A model generated the notes under the pieces. The model ran no database searches. It saw only the letters and a program-made list of their open reading frames with translations, and was not told the DNA's origin. Shown piece by piece: positions 54,140 through 64,000 of a stretch of DNA of 64,000 bases. The stretch is from positions 127,968,001-128,032,000 of the forward strand of contig OX597817.1 of NCBI GenBank assembly GCA_951406725.2. The letters are read 5' to 3'. Position 1 is the first letter of the stretch. Each line of letters opens with the position of its first letter. A program made the translations under genes and the position numbers. Origin of the DNA: Octopus vulgaris. Its lineage: Eukaryota.

Positions 54140-54562
54140 AAACCAGTTTCAAATCTCTGAAGGAGAATTAAGTAGTAACATTACTACAGATTAAAACCCA
54201 TTTGCGAACGTAAATTGGCAGTCCTGATTAGGAAGATGTTACTACCTTTTTTAGCCGCAGGAAAACATCTTTTCCAACTGCGTCCTTATACCTCGATCAT
54301 GGGAGCTAATGTCCTCCACTCAGCCTTAAGCGGCACCTGCAGACCGTGGTTTCTGGGTTATTTCTCCACATCGTCACAGGATAACCGTTGGCTAGATATG
54401 GCAGCACTAGGCCTTGTTGGAGGTGTATACTTTTAAAGTGACACACAACCACTGATCTCGTAAAGAAGAAAACGGTTTTAAATCTCTGAGTGAGAAGTAA
54501 GTAGTAACAGTACTACAGAGTGAAATCTATTTGCCAACGTAAATTGGCAGTGCTGATTAGGA
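54140..54562 (+). repeat. Diverged ~95-bp direct repeat pair (54140-54233, 54470-54562)
   Basis: aaatctctga..gagaa.taagtagtaaca.tactacaga..atttgc.aacgtaaattggcagt.ctgattagga occurs twice. Confidence 0.85.
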
Positions 54563-54831
54563 CATCCACGTGCGGCACACACCCACTACTGGAACTCACC
54601 AACTACCGGTCACCGTCCGATGGTATTGGCGGAGGTCACTATCCAATAGCTCAAACGCAAGCATTCCCATTCGTACCAATTCTTGAACACCGCCCGATTG
54701 ATCCTACGGTGGGTGCCTTGGCAGCGACGCCAATGCCCGCATAGGAGTAGACACGCCTTCGACTCTATAGTAACCAGCAACTCAATCTCACCGAATGATC
54801 CACCCTGGCAAGTAAGTGTTCGAGATATAAG

Positions 54832-54909
54832 GACGCAGGCTTTGGTAACAAGCTTGTCTCCCAAACAGATAGTTCCGGGTTCAATCCCACTTCGTGGCAC
54901 CTTGGGCAA

Positions 54910-54995
<86 letters not shown>

Positions 54996-55233
54996 GTGTG
55001 TGTGTGTATGTATAAGTTTGTGTGTCTGTGTTTGTTATCTCACCCACCGTCGCTTAACAACCGATGTTGGTGTGTTTACATCCCGGTAAATTAGCGGCTC
55101 GGCAAAAAGCCCAATGGAATAAGTACTAACTAAGGTTCCAAAGAATAAGTCCTGGGTCGATTTGTTCAACTAAAGGCGGTGCTCCAGCATGGCCGCAGTC
55201 AAATGACTGAAACAAGTAAAAGAATAAAAGAAT
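54832..55233 (+). mobile_element. SINE family B with internal (TA)n(TG)n expansion
   Basis: gggttcaatccc, accttgggcaagtg, 3' half as in 33930-34323. Confidence 0.85.
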
Positions 55234-55289
55234 GAGTGTGTGTATATATATATATATCAAAAATAAGCAACAAGAATGAATCCGGTAAT

Positions 55290-55375
55290 TTAGTACAATT
55301 GTTTCATACTACAACATTTTATTAAAAGCTGTAAATATTACAGCACATTTAATATGCCGAGTAATCTTCAGCTAA
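55290..55375 (-). ncRNA. Type I hammerhead ribozyme candidate with long stem II
   Basis: UUAG CUGAAGA u[uacucggcau..gcuguaa..uuacagc..auguuguagua]u GAAAC aauu GUA CUAA. Confidence 0.65.
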
Positions 55376-56099
55376 TTTTATATAGGTTTTTCAATAATAT
55401 AAAGTTCTCAGATCAATTAGTAACATCTTAGGGATGGTAAATATACAGATAAAGATGTAGATATGAATCTCAGGAACATGAGGTAGTGTAGTTAGGATGC
55501 CAACCTGACGAAAACTTCGTTCACAACTGACTGTTGTAAGAAAATTTCCTTAGTTATAAGAATGGGGGTAAGGGCAGGTTAAGAAATCAAGTTAGTTGAA
55601 GAAAAGAAGAGGAAAAAATTCAGGAGATGTAAAAGACGAACAGATTGTCAACTAGAACAAAGGGTCAATCTATTTATGTGGTGACAAAAGATTTAGGTCA
55701 GTGTAGAGGAATCACTAAATTCTTAGGAGACTATGAGGTATATATATATATATATACACATATAAATATATAATTATATATATACACACACATAAATATA
55801 TATTTAACACTATTTACAGCATTAGCTTGGTAATGGCCAGATATTAGAGATATTCGTTTCCCAGTTGATGATGGGAAGATATGTTTCATATTCTTCTTTT
55901 CTGTGAATCTTTTATAGCCAAAGTTCCCATTGTTCTGATTTCTCTTAATTCTTGTCATTTTGAATTTGCTAGTAGCTTCTTGGTCTATGGTGGTTTTGTT
56001 CTTTGTATTATTACATTCGTTAATATTGATTTCGTATTTTGGCACAAGGCCAGTAATTCCGGGGTAAAGGGTACGTATGTAACATCGTTCATTGTATAA

Positions 56100-56223
56100 G
56101 TCTAGCACAGTTTCAGTTTCAGTCCCACTGCGTTACTCCTTAAACAAGTGTCTTCTGCTATAGACGAGGGCCATTCAAGCAGTTGTGAGATGATTTCGTC
56201 GACGGAAACGGAAGGACGCACGT

Positions 56224-56257
<34 letters not shown>

Positions 56258-56432
56258 GAGTGTGTGTCTTTGTGCTTGTCCCACACCATCGCTTGACAAC
56301 CGGTGTTGGTCTGTTAACGGCTGGACATAATAGTGACCGATAGAATAAGTACCAGTACTTTAAAAGACAGTACTGAAATTCTTCAAACCGGTGCGCAGCA
56401 TGACCACAGTCTAATGACTGAAATAAGTAAAA
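56100..56432 (+). mobile_element. Degenerate SINE family B
   Basis: caagtgtcttctgctatag, gacggaaac, ccatcgcttgacaaccg, gatagaataagtacc, aatgactgaaataagtaaaa. Confidence 0.7.
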
Positions 56433-56470
56433 ATCTATCTATCTATCTATTTATCTACATATATGTGTGT

Positions 56471-56526
<56 letters not shown>

Positions 56527-57098
56527 TGTGTGTGTGTATAGGCACATATGCGCTCCTTATCATTAGCACAATATATTCTTACATATAAACTTATAAACAT
56601 TAACATTGAGATTTTCAAGCAAATATGTTAATTATATAGAACCTATTCAAATACATATATAGCAGGCATACAAATGTGATCAGTAAGTCGAACTATAAAG
56701 ATTATGCAACATTTTCCCTTTTCACTTTTGAACGCTTAGCATTTAACGCAATGCTGTTACTGTCTAATTACCAATGATAAAATTTTGTTTCTGTCTTCCA
56801 GGAATATCAGTCATTTTGTTATATAAAGCATTTAAAAATAAGAGAATACGGGGAAATAGGAAACATAGATGAACATACATACATGTAAGCCTAATTACCA
56901 CATACGTATATAGATTCATACATGTCTACATTTATACATGCATACATATATTTATATATACAATACTCGCATATAATCATATAAATGTATGGTTCATTTC
57001 TAGAACAAAATCTATTAAAAACTGGTGGAGAAATATTCTATTATTTGTTCATATAAATCTAATGAACTCTTATGTGTGTGTGTGATGTATACACACAC

Positions 57099-57184
<86 letters not shown>

Positions 57185-58064
57185 AGATAGATGCATGCAT
57201 ATATATACTCATATGTATACATTACCACCACACACACATATACGCGTGTGGGTGTGTGTGATTGGAAAAACTATGCAGCATCACAAATCATTTTACGTGA
57301 AGTTTTTTGTTACTCTATCATAATTTGGTTTCGTATTTTTGTGTTTAGTCTGTGATATTTATTGGAAGGAGTGGGGTACTCAGCTAGTTGTTCAAAAAAT
57401 AAAATACGATATCTATTTAGACTTTATTTAGAATTTTCTTTCCCCCAGACATTGAGACTATTGTCGAATATTTCAAACAAAATGTCTGAATGATTGAAAC
57501 ATAACCGAATCGTTACTTACTACTTTTATTATATAGCAATCTCTGGGTTGGATTGACAATATATAATGTGGCGAATGCAGATATTAATTTGTATGTGATC
57601 CAGTCAAAGATCTATTATTGTTCACATTTAGCCTAAGATCAGCTGTAATCAAACACACCTATTATCGAAGGCGTTCCAACTATGATTCTCATGTCTTTCT
57701 GTATATCATGACCTACATTGTAGAATATGAGCCAACTTTTCTTTAAGAGTAGAGTGCATTGTTTTAAAGAGATTTGGCTATTTTTTGCAAGTGGTATGAC
57801 CAAGTAAAGTATTTCTTCGTTGGTTCTCTTAAAAGAATTGATATAAACTCCAGAAACTCAGTTGTATACAATTTATCATCCGTATCCCTACACTGCAGTA
57901 TGCCGATATTGTGTCTAGTTATGAAGTCCATTGCAAAATCATTGGTAATAAAGTATAGGTTTCATGTACGTGATATTTCGACCTAAAATAACAAAGTTTG
58001 AGAAAGAAAACTTCAACTCAATTCTGGATCAGGGATGCCTGGCTTAAACAACAATTAAAATTTC

Positions 58065-58272
58065 AGGCGGGTGAGCTGGCAGAAACGTTAGCACGCCGGG
58101 CGAGGTGCTTAGTGGTATTTTGTCTGCCGTTACGTTCTGAGTTCAAATTCCGCCGAGGTCGACTTTGCCTTTCATCTTTTCTGGATCGATAAATTAAGTA
58201 CTAGTTACGCACTGGGGTCGATGTCCTTGTTAGTCCCCTCTATGTTTAGCCCCTTATGGGCAATAAATAAAT
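58065..58272 (+). mobile_element. SINE family A, well preserved
   Basis: ggcgggtgagctggcagaaacgttagcacgccggg...gagttcaaattccgccgaggtcgactttgcctttcatc...(AATA)n tail. Confidence 0.88.
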
Positions 58273-58339
58273 AACAATAAGAATTTCAGCAACAACAAAA
58301 ATAAGTTTTTGTCTGTATCCAACATTCGAAAACCCTATC

Positions 58340-58580
58340 AAATTTTCCTGCCTATATGTCTCCTCTACCCGTTTGTCTGCTTTTCCATCTGTTGCATCCT
58401 ATAAGCATTATTGTCACCTTTGTTAACGGAACTCTTTCTCTTCCTCATTCTACGGTTTCCGGTGCACTCCAGCATTCAGTTTTGTCCCCACATCAACGAC
58501 TTACTTTCCACTCTATCCAGCAACAACTATTCATAAATAGATGACATCTCGCTATTTCTTAACATTTTCCAAATTACATA
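58340..58580 (+). pseudogene. Decayed CR1/Jockey-type reverse transcriptase fragment
   Basis: 'VNGTLSLPHSTVSGALQHSVLSP' then, after a frameshift, 'INDLL...IDDI', cf. VNG..S....SGVPQGSVLSP..INDL..FADD. Confidence 0.5.
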
Positions 58581-59214
58581 TTCCAAGGCACGACACGCCA
58601 AATTCATGAAGAGGATTATCCCTTGTAACCATTTATATGGTTACAAGCCCAGAGTAGTATGCGGAAAAATCTGTTGTGCCGAAAAGGCGCATGAAATTAT
58701 ATGAGATTAGCATACCCCAGCTAAGCTATATAAACCCTGCAAAAATTTTCATACTTTTCTGTCATATATGTTTGAAGCATTTTAGATCAGTTGTTGATCT
58801 TACGAATCATCTCAGTGCACACAGATGTAATGAAGATTCTCGGGACGATGTAGGTTAATTGAGATAGCTAACATCTGTCAAGATGAAGTGAATATATCTA
58901 CGCACACACTCATGCATCCAACACCCATATTAATGTATATACATCTATAGGTATATATGTGAGTGTGTGTGTGTACATTCGTGTACACATGTTTATGTAT
59001 GTATAAATGTATGTATATATATAGACATACATATATATATATATATTTATGCACACACACACACACAAAGAGAGTGAGTCGTCAGTTCTAATGCATCGTA
59101 TAAACTTAATCGCCATCTTTTCTTTGACTTCTTGTGTCATAATCATACGTTCTCTTCTTTTCATTTTCTTTTCTTCGAACAAGAGAACAACAACGCACAT
59201 TTTCTCACAATGCT

Positions 59215-59246
<32 letters not shown>

Positions 59247-60167
59247 AATGAAAATTTATCTAATTTTCCTGTGTATATTTTTTCTGTTTCTAGTGTTTAC
59301 ATACAAGGCTAGAAGTGGCTATTCGTGCTGGTGGGAGAAGTTGGGCTACTGGTAACCAAGGGGAAAATACATTTAAAAATGTCTGACTCTTTAAATATTT
59401 ATGTTCGTAGACGATGATTTTCAGATGTTATTTTAGTTCATTTTTATCAACCAGCTATGTTGGCATATATCAACCAAGCGGAAATTATTTGAAATACAAG
59501 CGAACTATTGCAATTTCTTGTAGTTCAGTAAACATTTTGAAAATCGTCCTACCAATTGTAAGTGGTTCTTGGAAGGAAGTTAGAAAGGGGTAGGGATGTT
59601 GGAGAAATGAATTTGAACGCGCATGCGCGCGTATACACATACACACATGCACACTCGTACACACACGCACACACATACGCGCACGCTTACACGAATACAC
59701 ATGTACACTTACAACAAGTACATATTTTTGTAAACATACATGCACACATTTATATATGAATAAACGTATAACAATCTATATACATACAAATAATACGTGT
59801 CTATATATGCATATTTGAGCGTGTTTGCATGTGCGCACGCGCAGGTTCGCGAGTGAATAGGGAAAGTATATAACTGTATATGAAGATACTTCGATAGACA
59901 GATACATACATATACAGACAGGCAGGAAAACAGGCAGATAAACAGAAGAGACAGACAGATGGACAGACAGAATGACAGACAGACTGTTTGACAAACAGAG
60001 GGAGAGATAAAGTTACTCATATAGATATATGTAAATAAATGGATATAATTATGCATGTCTGTATGTGTGCGCGTGGATGTGTGTTTGTGTGCGTGTGTGA
60101 CTGTTTTTAAAATATATAACTGTATAAGTATGTATAGATATATGAATTGTATCTGTATGAATAAGAC

Positions 60168-60208
<41 letters not shown>

Positions 60209-60974
60209 TCTCTGTATATACGTGTGTGTGTGTTTATGTGTGTGCGTGTATGGGAATCACTGAGTGTATGTATATACCCATGTGATGGTTTGATGTAGGT
60301 GTGTACTTAAAAAGTTAGTGATTTGTCGGCGTGTTATCTCTGCGCATTACCATCTCGTGTGTGCATCTACTAATTCAATTCGGTTTATTGGATTTTAGTT
60401 CTGGTGTTATGAAAGCATTGAATGTGTGAAGACATACACGAGAACATGTGAGCATGTATGTGATCTTGTGTGCTTTTATATATATATACACACACATATG
60501 TGTGTGTGTGTCAATAAGTGCGTTACTATGTGCACTTGTGTGTGTTTTTAAGTATGTTTGTGTAAATTCAATTCAATTTATCGATCTATTATAATAAATA
60601 CAAATACATCGAAATTGTATATGTATGCTTAAAATCTGAAAATATGGGTTTACATGTATGTATTTTTGTATATATGCTGTTATGCATTTGTTTTATAAAT
60701 ATATATGTGTGTGTTTGTCTGCGTGTGTGTACGTGCGTATGTGTATATGTGTATGTATATATCTATACATATGAGAATATATACACATATGTTACATGTA
60801 TACACGTTTTTATGTGTAAATATATATGTGTGTGTGTTTGTGAAATTGTGTTTATATTGTATATACGTAAACAAATATGTACGTACATATATATATATGT
60901 ATACAGGAATTATGTATGTATGTATGTATGTATGTATGTGTGTATGTATGTATGCATGCATGTATGCATGCATG

Positions 60975-61008
<34 letters not shown>

Positions 61009-61077
61009 TGTATGTATGTATGTATGTATGTATGTATGTATGTATGTATGTGTGTATGTATGTATGTGTGTATGTTT

Positions 61078-61432
61078 AGGGGTTTATGTGACTTTGTGAG
61101 TGTACAAATACGTTTGCCGTTTCAATATGCAGACAATTTTTTTTACCAGTGAGTGTATATACACATATTTTGTGTCTATACACATATGTATGTGTAAATA
61201 TTATATATATATGTGTGTGTTTATATATGTACATATGTATGTGTGTGAATGTATGCATATATACTATAAATGTAGACGTGTATATACGTTCATACATATA
61301 TGTATGCAGGTATTACGCATGTATGTATGATATATGAATGTATGTAGGTGTGTATGTTGAGGGATTTGTGTAACTTTGTGAGTGTACAAATATATTTGCG
61401 GTTTCAATAAGCAGACATTTTTGTTTACCAAG
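61078..61432 (+). repeat. Local direct duplication (~70-bp unit x2) within microsatellite-rich DNA
   Basis: actttgtgagtgtacaaata..tttgc.gtttcaata.gcagaca at ~61091 and ~61373. Confidence 0.85.
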
Positions 61433-62147
61433 CGTGTGACTGGTTGCAATATGTATGCATAAGGATGTGCGTGTGTGTATGTCTATGTGTATGTATGCAT
61501 GTGTGTGTGTGTGTGTGTGTGTGTGTGAGCGCGCGTGTGTATATGTGTATTCACTTCTCTGTAGTAATGTGTTTCAGTGTTTGTACTTACGTCAAAGTTT
61601 GTGTACACACTTCCAATATCTCCATAAGTGATAGTCTCCATGGGCGTTTCTCTTTGTGAGTATATAATTTAAATATATGTTAGTGTATGCGTATATATAC
61701 GTTATGCTTACAGATACATATGTGTGTGTGCGGGTATGTATGTATGTATGTATGTATGTATGTATGTATGTATGTATACGACTTTGGTTTTTTTAACCGA
61801 TGCCTGGTTCGGTTTGCCTAAGATTCCTTTTGTATAAATACTTATTTCCAAATATGTGCTTCTCTGTGTGTTTCTACGTGTGTGCTTGTAACGTTAAATC
61901 TATATATTGTTACAGAATTTGTATGTCAGTATGTCTGGATATATAATTGTGTGTGAGTGACTGAGTGTGTGTATGCGTGTATGTGTGTGTGTGTGTGTTG
62001 TGTGCGCGTGTGTATCAGTGTGTATGAGTGTGTGTATGTATGTATATATATATATATATATATATATTTATTCTTCAGGCAGTCACATGCACCATACACA
62101 CATATGCACATACAGATATATATATATTCATATGTTCGTTTGTTTCA

Positions 62148-62186
<39 letters not shown>

Positions 62187-62240
62187 TACATATAGATACA
62201 TACATACATATATACATGCACGTATACATACACACACAAG

Positions 62241-62271
<31 letters not shown>

Positions 62272-62486
62272 TCAGATATGTATGTATCTGTCTCTATATG
62301 TTTATATTTGCTATACATTATACATATGTTGTATAATATGCATATATATACATACACACACACACACAAATGTATATCAATGTGTTTGTGCGCCTATGTG
62401 CACATTTTATCAAGTTATGTGCGAATAGGTGTGTATGTCTGCTCGTATGTTTGCACACACACACACGCACACATATACATACATAC

Positions 62487-62575
<89 letters not shown>

Positions 62576-63519
62576 CGTGTATGATGCATGTACCTCTTTG
62601 CCGGGGCAGATCTCAGTAGAAATGTAGATATGTGTCTTATGCATGTGCACAAGTATTTTATAGTATGTATATTTGTAAATATGGTAGTGTGTTTATCTAT
62701 AACAATTTTCGTGTGTTTATTCTCTTTAAAGTCTTTCTACTCCCAAAGGAAAAATATACTCTTATCTATGGTAGCCTGTCATCTCTATTTTACGCCTTAG
62801 TGAGCTAAATTTCATCATTTTCTAACGCACCATATTTTTTTCTCCTGAATGTTTGTCTTATATTTCCCGTCTCGCCTTCAATCTATCAGTGTGGAAGCCA
62901 TAATATCAGAATGAACTTTACATTCTACTGGACTAAATTTCTAGAACCACTGAGAACAACGTTCATCATACTACTTTAAAGGTTCCCCTTTTGATTAAAC
63001 AGTATATTCGACGCAGACGTATCTGAGTACTTAGACACTTCGCTTGGTAATTCTGTAGTTTTGGTTTCGATTCTACAGAGCAGTATTTTGATCAAGAGTT
63101 TTCTGCCATAGCCTCATGTGTTGATCTAATCATTGAGAATAAAAGTTGTTGTCAGAGTCTGTGTGGATGGCCATCAGAAGACAGTTACTCGTCTTGGACG
63201 GTAGATTTATTTTATCTACCCTATTTAACACCACCTCCTGAGCGTCTTGATTCTACTCTACTGCAAATATTCCAAACAGATGACAGATTTAAGGATTAAT
63301 TTCCTCTCAGCCATCTCACATGTTCTGAAAAGGATCGTTGCCTCATCTCTTCCTCTAACAAAACTCTTTAAAGATTTCATATAGAGAGCAGTGTTTAATT
63401 TAATGCGTGCATGGTTTCAATGAAGTTTTCTGTCGAACATTTTGAAACGTTAGTGAGATGGACAGGTTTTGTCTCATCGTGCCATCCTCAACATTATATA
63501 ATCGTATTTAAATTATATC

Positions 63520-63698
63520 TTTTTTTACTATAGGCACAATGCCTGAAATTTTGGCAGCAGAACTTATTCGAGATTGCATCTATCCCAATACTTGACCGAT
63601 ACTTATTTTATCAAATTTGAATTTAGAACGTAAAGACGGACGAAACGCCGCTAGGCATTTTATTCGGAGTGCTAATAGTTCTACTATTTCGATGCCTT
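63520..63698 (-). mobile_element. SINE family A, degenerate
   Basis: ataggcacaatgcctgaaatttt...agaacgtaaagacggacgaaacgccgctaggcattt. Confidence 0.7.
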
Positions 63699-64000
63699 AT
63701 TGTATTTAAATAATATCTACAGCAACATCGACTAATACAAAGTGAGTCAACGAAAAATCTGTACTGTTCAACCTGCTAGAAATAGCAACGCAGTCGGCTC
63801 AAACTGCAGCTTTAACAACTTCGAAATAAAGACGAGGTCGGTACAATAAATGAATTCATGCAGTTGTTCTAGATATAAGATAAGCTACACTAAAAACATT
63901 AAAAGAAACTAGAAAAGCACTCGGAGAGCGTAGACCTCCGCCAAGCAGCTCATTTTCACCCATATACACGCATGCTGAAAATCGCTCAATTTCCCAAACC

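Noticed and set aside
58622-58650. ggttacaagccc resembling a twister ribozyme segment
   Set aside because: The other twister elements are absent, and the sequence is explained by a simple 11-bp-arm hairpin (cttgtaaccat/atggttacaag)

Overview
AT-rich, repeat-saturated eukaryotic (animal) genomic DNA. The microsatellite load and the SINE/LINE types resemble an octopus/cephalopod genome; this is an inference from recalled repeat types, not a database result. No host protein-coding gene can be supported, and nearly all ORFs in the track are translations of (TA)n, (CA)n, (TATG)n and (TAA)n microsatellites. Real coding remnants are all retrotransposon-derived: two near-identical 5'-truncated copies of an RLE-endonuclease non-LTR element (R4/Dong-like), fragments of several related families, and RTE-, Tx1/L1- and CR1/Jockey-like fragments. 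There are about 15 tRNA-headed SINEs, a 100-N gap, two minisatellites and an unusual number of long inverted repeats. Two patterns stand out. (1) (TAA)n tracts hold co-oriented trains of R4/Dong-like LINE ends plus a non-coding ~550-bp element with no tRNA head. (2) (TA)n tracts hold short, often palindromic elements carrying type I hammerhead-ribozyme motifs, as in Penelope-like elements or retrozymes, including a head-to-head tRNA-SINE/hammerhead palindrome. All folds and alignments were done by eye, and coordinates of degenerate elements are approximate.
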